DNA of 64,000 nucleotides from an uncultured Acidobacteriota bacterium (GTDB taxonomy: Bacteria > Acidobacteriota > Polarisedimenticolia > J045). Below are positions 50,424-61,095 of the stretch, piece by piece. The notes beneath the pieces were generated by a model. That model did no database searches. It saw only the letters and a list, made by a program, of their open reading frames with translations, and was not told the origin of the DNA. Positions within the stretch are counted from its first letter, which is position 1. The number at the start of each line of letters is the position of its first letter. Made by a program: the position numbers and the translations under genes. The stretch covers positions 64,001-128,000 of the forward strand of contig CAVPCQ010000017.1 in the NCBI GenBank assembly GCA_963702425.1. The letters run 5' to 3'.

Positions 50424-51908
50424 TCACGCGCGCGAGGGGCCGCCTCGTGGCGGCAGATCCTGCCGGTGAAGGAGCGGGCTCGTGGGGACCTCGGCGAGAA
50501 TAGCCAACCCGAGGCCGCGCTCAACCTGCCAGGCTTGGACGATTCGGCCCCGCCTCGCCTCGAGGCCCAACGCGGCGAGCATGCCCAGGAAGAGCCCCCC
50601 GAGGATGCCCGAAGCCAGGATCGCCCACTTGACGCGGCGATTTGACGGCGTGCGAGGCGGGAGGGCCGGCTTGATCACCGCATAGCGGAAGGGCACGCTC
50701 GCGCGGACGGCGTCGAGTTCGAGCCGGGCCCCCTCGAGGCGATCCGAGATTCCGTAGTAGCGCGCGATGGCCGCCGTGACGCGGCTGCGCACGTAGTCCA
50801 CGGCTGGGCGGACTGTCGGGACCTCGGGAGGAACCACCGGTGCCGCGGCTGACGAGGCCGCTCTCGCGGGGCCGTCGACAAGGTCGGCGGCGGTACCGCC
50901 TTGCGCAATGTAGAGGGCCTCGAGTTCATCGATTTCTTTGCGAAGTGAGGCGATCTGGGGAGAATCCACCGCCACCGCCTCCAGGCTTCTCCGCGTGTCG
51001 ACCACGATCGGGTGCGTGTCCGAGTAGATCACTCTCTGCTCCGCGAGCTGGGTCTGCAACTCCGCGATCCGGCGCTGGCGGTAGCTCAGCAACTCGTCGA
51101 GGGCACGCCGCCTCGAGGTGATGGAGGAGCGCAGGCCGACCAGGCGGACGATCTCGTCGCTGTTCGGCTCCGGAGAAGGAGCGGTCACGGGCGTTGAGGC
51201 CGCAGTCTTCTTCGGCACCGAGGGCTCGCTGGCGAGGGCGAGGTCGAGATCGCGGCGGGCCTCGGCGAGCCGTGCCTCGAGAATCGCGATCGACTCCCCG
51301 AGGACCGCCAGATCGTTACGCTCCCGGAAGTCCAAGAAGCCCTTTATGGTGGCTTCGAGGAGGCGAACCGTCATCTCGGGGTCGTTCCACGTCAGACCCA
51401 CCGTGAGCAATCCGGACCCGTCGTCCTGGAGCTCGGTCCAGGCCACGAAACGGCTCTCGAGGGTCGCGACGAGGATGTCGAAGAGCTGCTCGTCGCTCAC
51501 GTCTCCTCCCATCATCAGCCGGTCCTTCAGACGGAGTATCGGGGAGCGGGTCGCCCTCCACTGCTCGAGCAGTCCTGTCTCCGCGATCGCAGCGACCAAG
51601 TTGCCGCGACGCACGAGCTCGGACGTGGCGCGGGCGTTGGCCCGGGCGTCGGCGCTCAGAGTCCGGCCCGGGTTGGTGAGGATCGCTATGAGGTCGGGAC
51701 GCGGCGCCAGCAGCTTCGTCTCGACGAAGTACCGGTTTGGCACCACCCACGCGAGGAACATGGCCGCGGCCCCGATGAGGACGGTCGGAGCGAGGACCGC
51801 AAGCGGATGACACCGTATGGCCCGCCATCCATAGGAGAGCCAGTCAATGATGTACTCCGCGTCGAGGGAGCCCTCGTCTTCCTCGTGGGACGGCACGTCG
51901 TGTCTCAT
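50424..51908 (-). CDS. Polysaccharide chain-length determinant (Wzz/GumC-like)
   Basis: Two TM segments, coiled coil, YSDTHPIV, VIKPALPP. Confidence 0.8.
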   Translation of the reverse strand: MRHDVPSHEEDEGSLDAEYIIDWLSYGWRAIRCHPLAVLAPTVLIGAAAMFLAWVVPNRYFVETKLLAPRPDLIAILTNPGRTLSADARANARATSELVRRGNLVAAIAETGLLEQWRATRSPILRLKDRLMMGGDVSDEQLFDILVATLESRFVAWTELQDDGSGLLTVGLTWNDPEMTVRLLEATIKGFLDFRERNDLAVLGESIAILEARLAEARRDLDLALASEPSVPKKTAASTPVTAPSPEPNSDEIVRLVGLRSSITSRRRALDELLSYRQRRIAELQTQLAEQRVIYSDTHPIVVDTRRSLEAVAVDSPQIASLRKEIDELEALYIAQGGTAADLVDGPARAASSAAAPVVPPEVPTVRPAVDYVRSRVTAAIARYYGISDRLEGARLELDAVRASVPFRYAVIKPALPPRTPSNRRVKWAILASGILGGLFLGMLAALGLEARRGRIVQAWQVERGLGLAILAEVPTSPLLHRQDLPPRGGPSRA

Positions 51909-52319
51909 GGGATCAAGGATACCAGCAGGCGGGGGGGCGAGCGTGGCCCCCCGCTTCGCGACAGCGGAGCCTCCGTCCGGCGTCGCTCGAGGGGCATGGG
52001 CCCGCGATATGGGGCCTCGGGCCGATCCGGGCCTACGGACCCCGCTTCACGCCGTTGCCGGTCCGAAGGTGCTGCAGGCGCTCCGCCTCGCCGCCAGCGT
52101 GGCCGCCGCGCCGTGGCCCGCTGCGCTTCTCGAGCTGCGGTGTCGCGGTCTTCGGGCGTCCCGCTGGCGGAACGCGTCGAGGATCATGAAGGACGCGATG
52201 CTGGGCGTGAAATTCGCTGATGGCCTGCCCTGGAAGAGGTCGCGCTGCGAACGTCAGCGTCAGTCCAGGACTTGAATCGGCGCTGTCGACTCGCGCAACG
52301 GCTTGCGTCGAAGGGCAAC

Positions 52320-53387
52320 TCATCCAGCGGCCGACGGTCGTCGATTCCAGAACATCGCGCGGCGCATTCTCTGCCGCAAGCCAGGAAGCATGAGCAGGGC
52401 GAACAGCCGTCGAGCGGCTCTGCGTGGCAACAGGCCGACCGCCACGAACCAGCCAGCCATGAGGACGCGGCGGTCCGACGGTATCCCCTTGTTCCGCAAA
52501 GCCGCGAGCGCGCCAGAGAAGCTGAGGCTCCAGACGGAGTCACCAGGGAAGGGGTGGGAGTCCGGAGCGAGCTTGCAGGAAACGAGACGGAACTGCACAT
52601 GTCGCATGTGCCTCATCGGTAGCCTGTCAGAGACCGGGATTCCCCGTGCCAGCGCGTTGGTGCGCACCAACTGCAACTCCCTCGTGCTCATGGCGAGCAG
52701 GTCCCGAACTTTGCCCACGTCCACGCCTGACTGGTATTGGTAGGTCGTGGAGTCGTTTCCCCCGTGCATGCGGTAGCATCCCAGAGGCTTCTCGATGGCC
52801 GCGACCGGTCCGTAGAAAGGAACGGTGTGGACAAGATACCCGTCGGGAGCCCGGACGTACTCCTTCTCATCAAGGGGCAGCAGTCGCTCCAACACTTCGC
52901 GACGAAAGGCGTTCGCCGTGCTGACCATGCACGTGAAGGTCCCCCGGGACGTCAGGATCGACGTCACGTCACCAGAGTCCAGGCGGACCCGTTTCCAGGG
53001 GTATTCCGCGATGAAGCGGCCTTGCGCATCGACGATATTGAGGCGGAACTGGATCAGTACGGCGCCGCTCCGCGCGGCGTCGACGACCTCCTGGGTCGCG
53101 CCCGGAAGATACCAATCGTCGGCATCCAGGAACATGACAAGTTCACCTCGGCTTGCGGCAAAGCCGGTGTTGACACAGGAGCCATGCCCGCCATTCGACT
53201 TGAGAACGGGGCGGATCCGGCCGCCATAGCTCCGGATGATCTCGACCGACCCGTCAGTGGATCCGTCGTCGACCACAATGACCTCGACGTGCTTGTAGGC
53301 TTGTCCGAGGGCCGACTCGATCGACTGCCGAAGAAAGCGGTCGTAGTTGTAGTTGACGATCACCACGCTCACTAGTGGCTCATGCAC
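52320..53387 (-). CDS. GT2 glycosyltransferase
   Basis: VSVVIVNYNY, VVDDGSTD, FLDADD, YRMHGGN. Confidence 0.9.
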   Translation of the reverse strand: MHEPLVSVVIVNYNYDRFLRQSIESALGQAYKHVEVIVVDDGSTDGSVEIIRSYGGRIRPVLKSNGGHGSCVNTGFAASRGELVMFLDADDWYLPGATQEVVDAARSGAVLIQFRLNIVDAQGRFIAEYPWKRVRLDSGDVTSILTSRGTFTCMVSTANAFRREVLERLLPLDEKEYVRAPDGYLVHTVPFYGPVAAIEKPLGCYRMHGGNDSTTYQYQSGVDVGKVRDLLAMSTRELQLVRTNALARGIPVSDRLPMRHMRHVQFRLVSCKLAPDSHPFPGDSVWSLSFSGALAALRNKGIPSDRRVLMAGWFVAVGLLPRRAARRLFALLMLPGLRQRMRRAMFWNRRPSAAG

Positions 53388-53937
53388 GGAAGGCTCCTCG
53401 CGCCATGCGCCAGTAGAGGGTGCCTGATCAGATCGGCGGCGTTCTGACGCCAAGCGCGCGACGCCGGGCCGGCGAAATCGATCCACGTGCGCGCTATCGA
53501 GCCTCCAGGAGCGGACTCGGACTCTGGCGGGATGGGGCCGCCAGTCCGGGCCTCCTCCCCTCGGTGGCAAGCGGGTATCTTCCCGGTGTACGGGCCACGA
53601 CCGACGTTGACGAAGCCCCATCTCGATCGGAGGAACTGTCCCCTGAGCGAACCCTCGACGCTTCGGAGGCGCTTCGCGCGTGCCAGGTCATCCTCCATCG
53701 CGAGGACATTCGCAACCTCCTCCAGGTGCGCCCTTCGCGGGAGCTCGAGCCGTCCTCGAAGGCGGCGCCACAGCAGTCCGGCACTCGGAGAGCGCTGAGG
53801 CCCGGCCGGACCGATCGCGGGAAAAAGCTCACCGTACCCGGGCGAGGGAGTGATCCCGACCTGCTCGAATTCCGTGGTGATCTCGCCCTTCCGGCCGGTA
53901 CTGCTTGGCAGATCCCGCCCGAGACAGTCCCTCAGAC

Positions 53938-54546
53938 TCATCCCCATGCGCGGGCGTACTCCTGTGGGATCGCGAGCGCTGCCAGGCCCGCGGCGCCGCC
54001 GGGGACGAACTCCCGTCGTGCCGCCGGAGTGAGCTCTCCCACTCGCACAACCAGGAACGCGTGGCGGGCCAGCTGAGGCAGGATGAGCTCCTGGCCTGCG
54101 ACCTTGTGGAACTCGTTGGCGAGAACCTGAGTGAAGGCGAGCCATCGGTCGGTCTCTGCTTCGTTGCCGAAGACCTCCGTCTCAGCGCCTTCGATATTGT
54201 GCTGCGGCAGACAGAGGCGCGCCAGCCGCACGAGAGGCTCGTACAGCTTCTGGATAAGGCACTGGCGAAACACCGCCACGTCGCTGGCGCCCCTTCGAAC
54301 CGCGATCTCATGCGAACCGATGTCGGCGTCGGTGTCCTCCAGCAAAGTCAACCGTCCCCTGCGTTCGACGTGGATGCGGTGACGGGGAGCCTCCCGGAGG
54401 AACCGCCAAGACTCGCCGTACGCGGCGAAGCCCGCCCGTCGAACTAACCGATCGGGAAGAAGCGCGGCGCCGAGCCGCCCCCACTCCCAAGGAGAGTACG
54501 ACGCGGCGACGACGAGGGCGCGGCGATTCTCGTTGTGCGATCCCAT
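53938..54546 (-). pseudogene. FkbM-family methyltransferase remnant with internal deletion
   Basis: RRGASDVAVFRQC joined directly to NIEGAETEVF...WL...EFH; SAM motif missing. Confidence 0.5.
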
Positions 54547-54844
54547 GGCCGGTCGGTAGGGTACCCCGAGTCGGCTGCGCGTGTCACAACGTCCGGTAGC
54601 GTCCGCGGTGGCCGCTCGCTGCAATGGTCCGCAAGTCGCCCCGTTGTCTCGACCCCCTGCGGCGCTCCGTTCGGCCGGGAGCACGGGGTCGAGACCCAGT
54701 TGAACTCAGCTCCCCATGAGGCGTTCGGGCGGATGGCCGCGAACCGGCGATGGACGAAGTCGGGGGGCGGCGGCGCCTCGATCGGGGGCGTGATCGCTTC
54801 TGGCCCCGGACGGCGCTCCGAAGGCCCACCTGCGGCATTTCACT

Positions 54845-55480
54845 CTGGTGGGCGCGGTCGGCGAGGCGACCGAGCGCGGCCGCGGCGAGCAGCGGATTGC
54901 TGAAGGACTCGGGCCACTCGGAGAAGGCGCGGTTTCGAGGTGACGCTCATCGAGCCGCACTCGTAGCGTTCGTTGACGATCTCGTGGAGGTCCTCGGGAC
55001 CGGGGGCGGGGAGCGCCTAGAGCCCGAAGTCGTCGAGTCATGTGGAGCTGCGCATAGCTCGACGAATTCGGCTTGCTGGTGCCGGCTGTAAGAGGACGTC
55101 ATCACGAAGGCCCAAGACGTCCACACCGCCCCCGACCGGGGGTCGAGCAACCGGCCGGCGAAGCCGAAGTCGAGCTGGGCCTCGGCCCCTGGCTCGACCT
55201 CAGCCCGTACCTCCGCCTCGGGTACCCGCGGCTCCAGCCGTCGCACCAGCCGCCAGATCGACGAGTAGCTGCCGGTGAAGGCGTGCCCCTCGCGCAGCCG
55301 CTGGTGAATCGCCCGACACTCGACCCCTTGCCGGCGCAACGCCCGGATCTGCGCGATGGACTGCTCGGCCTACGACACCGTCAGCAGGGGGCTCACCGCC
55401 GGCAGGCTCACCGCAAGCCGCGCCGCCAACTCCGCAGTCGGGGGTAGCGCCGTGCCCGGCAGCTTATCTCTCCGGATCAG
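54845..55480 (-). pseudogene. IS21 remnant (istA and istB fragments)
   Basis: GSYSSIWRLVR...PGAEAQLDFG...FVMTSSYSRH; DDFGL*...LHEIVNERYE...LLAAAALGRL. Confidence 0.75.
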
Positions 55481-55972
55481 CGGGTTACGCCGGTCGCACC
55501 TGGGCGCTCCCGCACGATTCCGTCCTCTCACTCGGCGAGAAGACGCTGGATCGCGCGGCGCGGCCGTTGGCGACCACGCCGTGAAGCGGGTGGACTCGAT
55601 CGTCGGTGACAGCCTTGTGATCCAGGTACCCGCGCTTGTGCCTCGCCGGTCTGTATCGGGGCCTTGCGATGAACCGCCCTGGGTCGTGAGGTCGCTGCTG
55701 GACGGGCAGCTGGGATTGCCGCAGGCTCTGGATCGCGAGTTCATCCGAGTCTCCCGTCCATGTCTTGTCCGCCTCCGCGCTCGGGGCTGGTGGGGCACGG
55801 TGGGAAACCCTGAGAAGATCGACCACCTGCCGCCAACGGTCAGCGCGGGCGGAACTCCGGCCCCGCGCTGAGCTCGACGATGGATCCGGGCGGATCTGCA
55901 TCGAGCCGCACGAGCTCGAGAAGGTCGAAGACGACCACTGGACTGCGGCGGGACCCTTCCCACCATCTTTCC

Positions 55973-57190
55973 TCATGCCCCGACAGGACCGGCTCCGCCG
56001 AGCAGCCGCTCGTACACCGCGTCGAGCCTGTGAGACTCGCGCTCCCAGTTGTAGCGATCGCGCGAGCAGCGCAGGGCATTCTCCCGGAACGCGCGGTAGG
56101 TGTCCGGCTCATCGACGAGGCGCCGGACGGCTTCGGCGATGTCCCGCGGGTCCTCGCAGTCCACGGTCAAGCCCACTCGCTCTCCGCTCACCAACTCCCT
56201 CATCCCCGGGTAGTCGTTTGTGATCACCGGGAGGCCCATCATCATGTACTCGTGCACCTTGTTGGGGGCGCAGTAGTAGTTGTTTCGGCACGTGTTCCGA
56301 TAGAGCAGCACCCCGGCGTCGGCGGACGCAGTGTAGTGGTGCAGCTCGTCGTAGTGAACGGGGGGCAGGACCACGGCGCGTTGGGGATCGGGAATCAGCG
56401 GCCGCAGGTCCGCATACTCGCCGTAGCCACTCCCGATCAGGACCAGGACCGTCCCGTTTGCGAAGTACCGTGTCGCGGCGAGAAGCTCCTTGACGCAGCG
56501 CTCCTCGTCGAAAAGGCCCTGGTACAGTAGAACGAAGCGCGCCTCGATTCCGCGTCGCCTGAGTTCCTCGGGAATCACGCTCGTCCTCATGGGCGGTCGG
56601 TAGGGCGGGCAGTTCATGATCGTGACGGGGGGCCGACGCGCGCCGGCCTCCTCTCGCATGATCCGCGAGCGGTTCGCCTCCGGCGTGATGACCGTGTCCA
56701 CCAGTGGTACGAGTGTCCGCTCGAGATGTCTCCAGAAGCCAGCGAAGCGCACCTTCCGATGGGTCTCGGCGTGCAGTTCGTGAGCGTGATACAGCACGGG
56801 GCGTCCCTTCAGGGCGGCCGCGGACAGGGTAGCCGGCAGGGTGGGCAGATCATGCGCCTCGAAGAGATCGGCCTTCGAGCGCAGTGCGGCGGCGATGGCT
56901 CGAACGTTGTACTCGGCGTAAGTGGCGAAGTACTGGACGAAGGCCGTCAGCGTGGATCGGGGCGAGAGGCCGTACATCCGGCTGAACAGGCGGCGAGTCT
57001 TCGAGTAGATCCGCACGACATCGAAGTCGCCGGCATAGCGTTCGAGGCGTGGCAGCTCGGGACGCTCGGTGAGGCAGAGCACGCGCACGTCGTAGCCGGA
57101 ACGGGCCAGTGACCGTGCCTTATTGAGTAGTGGCGGAAGGCTCGACGGATCGGACACGTAGGTGACCATGCAGATTCGCTTGCCGTGCAT
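55973..57190 (-). CDS. GT4 glycosyltransferase
   Basis: KRICMV, EAHDL, YHAHE, YQG, PNKVHEYMMMGLPVI. Confidence 0.9.
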   Translation of the reverse strand: MHGKRICMVTYVSDPSSLPPLLNKARSLARSGYDVRVLCLTERPELPRLERYAGDFDVVRIYSKTRRLFSRMYGLSPRSTLTAFVQYFATYAEYNVRAIAAALRSKADLFEAHDLPTLPATLSAAALKGRPVLYHAHELHAETHRKVRFAGFWRHLERTLVPLVDTVITPEANRSRIMREEAGARRPPVTIMNCPPYRPPMRTSVIPEELRRRGIEARFVLLYQGLFDEERCVKELLAATRYFANGTVLVLIGSGYGEYADLRPLIPDPQRAVVLPPVHYDELHHYTASADAGVLLYRNTCRNNYYCAPNKVHEYMMMGLPVITNDYPGMRELVSGERVGLTVDCEDPRDIAEAVRRLVDEPDTYRAFRENALRCSRDRYNWERESHRLDAVYERLLGGAGPVGA

Positions 57191-57574
57191 TCCCTGCCCG
57201 TCCTGGAGTGATGCCGGCATCGAGGGCCGGGTTCTTCGCGATCTTCGAGCGCAACAGAACCTCCGTCGTGGTAGAAAGCAGGCGCGAGCCAGCCTTCCTT
57301 GTCTCGGAGGCTTCGTGCGCGGGAAGCCTAGCACACGACAGACCCTTGTCCTCCCGCGCCTCGCTGACTCGACTTCGACGGAACTGCCCCGGGAAGCCCG
57401 GAGACCGGATCAGTCGAGTCCCACCTCCATGGCGACACTCTGTTGGTTGTCATGATGGCGCTGTTCGAACTCGGTCGCGGGACGTGCCCGATCGCGTCGA
57501 ACCCGGCCGCTACTGCCCGCCGGCGTCTCCCCGCCGGCGGTAGCTTGGACGCACTTCCAGGCTGAGCGGGCGGC

Positions 57575-59587
57575 TCAGGTGCTGATGCCGACGTCGTGCC
57601 GTTCGCACCAGGACAGGAGCACGTAGAGTGCCCAGACACGGGACCAGTAGAGCCCGGGTCGGCCATCCAGGTAGGAGCGCCAGAGGATCTGCAGCGAACG
57701 GTTGTCCAGTCCGGCGCGCCTGGTGGCCTCGGGGTCGTGGAACAGGGCCTCCATCCGAGGCCGCAGGCTCTTGCGCGCCCAGGCCTCGATCGGGAGGACG
57801 AAGCCAGACTTTGGCCGCTCGAAGATGGCGGGATCGAGCCGAGCGAGCGCCAGATCGCGCAGGAGCTGCTTCCTCTGGAGGGGAAGGAAACGGCGCGCCG
57901 GATCGACGCCGGACACTTTCTCGAGCAGGACGTGATCGAGAAGCGGTACGCGTACCTCGAGGGAGGCTGCCATGCTCGCCGCGTCCGTGTCGCGTAGCAG
58001 GCGCTCGCCGATGAAGCTGAGGAGCTCGAGCAGCGAGACCCCGTGGAGCAGAGCATCTCCGGCGGAGCACTCCCGCCAGGACTCGGCGACGGCCACGGGA
58101 AGGCCGTACTGCTGCCGGGCCTGCGCGGCCCGCACGGTGACCTCTGCAAGCGCGGTCTGCGTTTCCCGGGTGAACAGGGCGTAAAAAGCCTGGTAGAGGC
58201 CCAGCAGGTCCGGAGCGGCTCGAGCCACTTCGTCGAGCTTGCCCCACCGAGTTTGGGGCGAGGCGACGCCGAAGACGTCCCAGTAGAGGCGGTGCACCGC
58301 GTGTGCGGCAAAGTTGACGCCTGCGTCCGTAAGCCGTCGAACTGGGCCGGGCAGTGCGCGAGGGATCCAAGCACTCACCCTGACGGCTTTCTGCAGCTCG
58401 GCGAAGCTGGGGTAGCCGCCGAAGACCTCGTCGCCCCCGGTGCCTGCCAGAGCCACGGTCATCCCCGCGTCGCGGGCTGCCCGACTCACGAAGTAAGTGT
58501 TGATGCCATCGAAGGTCGGCTGATCGATCGCCTCCAGCGCCTGGGGCAGCTGCTGCCTGAAGGCCTGCTCCGTGAGGGTCGCCGTCGAGTGCACGGTTCC
58601 GAGCAAGTCTGCGACGCGGCTGGCGTAACGTGTCTCGTCCCACGCTTCCTCGTCGAATCCGATGGTGAACGTGTGGACGGAGCCGGGCGCCGCCTCGCTC
58701 GCGAGAGCCGCAACCGCGCTGGAATCGATGCCGCCCGACAGGAAGACTCCGAGCGGCACGTCCGCAACGAGCTGCATCCTCACAGTTTCCAGGAGCTCCT
58801 CGCGCACCTCAGCGATCGAGATTCGACGGCCGCTCGACGACGGCATCCGCCAGTAGCGCCGCTCCGTACGCCGGTTGCTCGGCTCGCTCCCCGATGGCGG
58901 CTCGATCGTCAGGATGGTCGCCGCCGAAAGCAGGTTCACGCCGTCGACGATGGTCCCGGGGCCGATGACGAATCCTTGCCAGAGGTACGATGCGACGCCC
59001 GCCGGGTCGAGGCGCCGGGGCACCGCACCGGTCGAGAGGAGGGCACGGAGTTCGGAGGCGAAGAGAACCGCCTCCTCGCCGGTTTCGTTGTCGTGAACGA
59101 TCGTCCAGTAGAGGGGCTTGACGCCCATCGGATCGCGGACGAGGTGGACAGCGGGACCGCCGGGGTCAAAGATCGCCAAGGCGAAGATGCCGCGAAGGCG
59201 CGGGACCGCGTCGAGGCCCCACCGCTTGTAGGCCTTCAGAACGACCTCAGTGTCGCTCGTCGAGACGAAGCGCTCCCCGACGGCCTCGAGTTCCTGTCTC
59301 AGGCTGCGGAAGTTGTAGATTTCGCCGTTGAACGTGACCGCGCAACCCGAAGCAACGTCCACCATGGGCTGGGCACCGGCATCGGAGAGGTCGATGATCG
59401 CGAGTCGCCGGTGCCCGAGGGTGACCTCACCCCCAGCTGATTGCCAGATCCCCGCGCCGTCCGGACCGCGATGCCGTTGTGCATCGCACGCCCTGCGGAC
59501 GTGGTTCGAGAGGCTGTCTCTGCGGTCGCGTTTAGGCACCCGATCCGCCGGTGCGAGAAGGCCTATGGCGCCAGCAATTCCGCACAT
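57575..59587 (-). CDS. asnB: Asparagine synthase-like amidotransferase
   Basis: MCGIAG, HRGPD, HRRLAIID, FNGEIYN, LSGGIDSS, GTGGDE, SLEVRVP. Confidence 0.95.
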   Translation of the reverse strand: MCGIAGAIGLLAPADRVPKRDRRDSLSNHVRRACDAQRHRGPDGAGIWQSAGGEVTLGHRRLAIIDLSDAGAQPMVDVASGCAVTFNGEIYNFRSLRQELEAVGERFVSTSDTEVVLKAYKRWGLDAVPRLRGIFALAIFDPGGPAVHLVRDPMGVKPLYWTIVHDNETGEEAVLFASELRALLSTGAVPRRLDPAGVASYLWQGFVIGPGTIVDGVNLLSAATILTIEPPSGSEPSNRRTERRYWRMPSSSGRRISIAEVREELLETVRMQLVADVPLGVFLSGGIDSSAVAALASEAAPGSVHTFTIGFDEEAWDETRYASRVADLLGTVHSTATLTEQAFRQQLPQALEAIDQPTFDGINTYFVSRAARDAGMTVALAGTGGDEVFGGYPSFAELQKAVRVSAWIPRALPGPVRRLTDAGVNFAAHAVHRLYWDVFGVASPQTRWGKLDEVARAAPDLLGLYQAFYALFTRETQTALAEVTVRAAQARQQYGLPVAVAESWRECSAGDALLHGVSLLELLSFIGERLLRDTDAASMAASLEVRVPLLDHVLLEKVSGVDPARRFLPLQRKQLLRDLALARLDPAIFERPKSGFVLPIEAWARKSLRPRMEALFHDPEATRRAGLDNRSLQILWRSYLDGRPGLYWSRVWALYVLLSWCERHDVGIST

Positions 59588-59607
59588 TGATCCACCATCC
59601 AGAGCAC

Positions 59608-61095
59608 TCAGGGCCGCCCGGGCATCAGTTCCCGGACGAGTAGCATGACCTGGCGCGGGTGCACCACGCCGAACATGGTGACGAGGCCACCATAGACCGG
59701 CAGGTCGACAGCGAGTCGCCAAGGTCCGAGTGGAGCGAGAACCCAGTGGAGGGCGACCGTCAGGAGCACGGCGAGCCCCGTGCGGCCGAGGACCTGCCGG
59801 CGCCGCGCGTCGATGACCTGAGGGCCGACCGCGACCAGCAGTGCCCCGAGCACGACGAACTCCTTGGCCAGCATTGCCAGCGCCATGCCCGTGCCCGCGC
59901 CCCCAATGCCCAGTCTCGACCCGATCGCAGGCACCAGGAAGAGCGCGGCGGCCACCTGGAAGACGATGCCGACGATGGATATCCCCGTGAGACGCCAGCC
60001 GAGACCCTGCACCACGAGAGCGGTTGCCAGCAAGATCGAGAAGTAGATCAGCAAGATGAGCGCCGCCAGCGCGCGGAGGCTCCCTGCTCCCGGCGTGAAT
60101 GGGGCGCCGAAGGCCAGGCGCATCCAAGTGTCCGCCCCGAGCGCGAGGACAAGCGCCACAGGCGTGGTGATGGCGAGGACCGCCTCAAGGGTCCGGCGGA
60201 ATACCGCGACCATCTCTTCCCGGGAGCGCTCGAGCGCCCTCGAGTAGAGTGGCGCCAGCACCGCGTAGAGGATCGGGGTCAGGAGCAGCGCAATGCTTGC
60301 CATCGTCTGGGACGCACCGTACCAGCCAACGTCAGTATCGCTTGCCATAAGGCCCAGCAGAGCCGTATCGAGTCGAACTCCGAGGACCTGCGCGATGCTG
60401 TGGGCATAGAACCCGAGGCTCGCTCCGATCGCTGCCCGAGTCGCGATCCGGTCCACGCGGAACGCGACTCCGAGGCTGCGGCGCACCGACCTCCTGAGGA
60501 CCAGAGCCTTGAGACCTTCGGAAACCGCGAAGACGAGCGCGAAGCTCGCGAGCGACCAGCGCGCCAGGATGCCGGCCGCCATGCCGACCCCCCACACCAG
60601 CTTCGCGAGCACGTTCGTGACCGCCAGCTCGTTAACCGTCGCATTGGCCTGGAGAAGTGCAGCCAGGCTGCCGTTCACGAAGAACAGGAGATGTCCCAAG
60701 CCGAAGGCTATCAGCAGGGGCCTGATCGCGGGAGGGCGATCTCCCAGCGGAAGCAGCAGGAGGAGGGCCAGGAGGGCGAGAGAGACGAGGAACCTCATGA
60801 GCAGGGTGCCGCCGAAGAACTCCGAAGCGTGCTGCGGCCGAACGGGAATCTCCCTCTGGATGTAGGCGTCGATCCCGAGCCCGGCGCAACCGAGGACGGC
60901 AGCGGCGAGGCCATCGGCGAAGCTCAGCAGACCAAAGGCTTCCGGTCCGAGGTGGCGTGGCAGCCAGAAGCGTATGACGAGGCCGATCGCCCACGTGACG
61001 CAAAGCGACAGGCTCAGCTTGCCCGCGTTACGGAGCGCGGTCCGCGTGTCCCGCGCCAGCGAATCCGGCGCGGCCGGCTCCGAGCCCGTGATCAC
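59608..61095 (-). CDS. Polysaccharide flippase (Wzx-like)
   Basis: Many TM helices, LPRHLGPEAFG, DVGWYGAS; GTG overlaps upstream TGA. Confidence 0.85.
   Translation of the reverse strand: MITGSEPAAPDSLARDTRTALRNAGKLSLSLCVTWAIGLVIRFWLPRHLGPEAFGLLSFADGLAAAVLGCAGLGIDAYIQREIPVRPQHASEFFGGTLLMRFLVSLALLALLLLLPLGDRPPAIRPLLIAFGLGHLLFFVNGSLAALLQANATVNELAVTNVLAKLVWGVGMAAGILARWSLASFALVFAVSEGLKALVLRRSVRRSLGVAFRVDRIATRAAIGASLGFYAHSIAQVLGVRLDTALLGLMASDTDVGWYGASQTMASIALLLTPILYAVLAPLYSRALERSREEMVAVFRRTLEAVLAITTPVALVLALGADTWMRLAFGAPFTPGAGSLRALAALILLIYFSILLATALVVQGLGWRLTGISIVGIVFQVAAALFLVPAIGSRLGIGGAGTGMALAMLAKEFVVLGALLVAVGPQVIDARRRQVLGRTGLAVLLTVALHWVLAPLGPWRLAVDLPVYGGLVTMFGVVHPRQVMLLVRELMPGRP

Noticed and set aside
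52265-52285. CTTGAATCGG as another oriIS copy
   Set aside because: Only 9 bp match, and the upstream module is not recognisable
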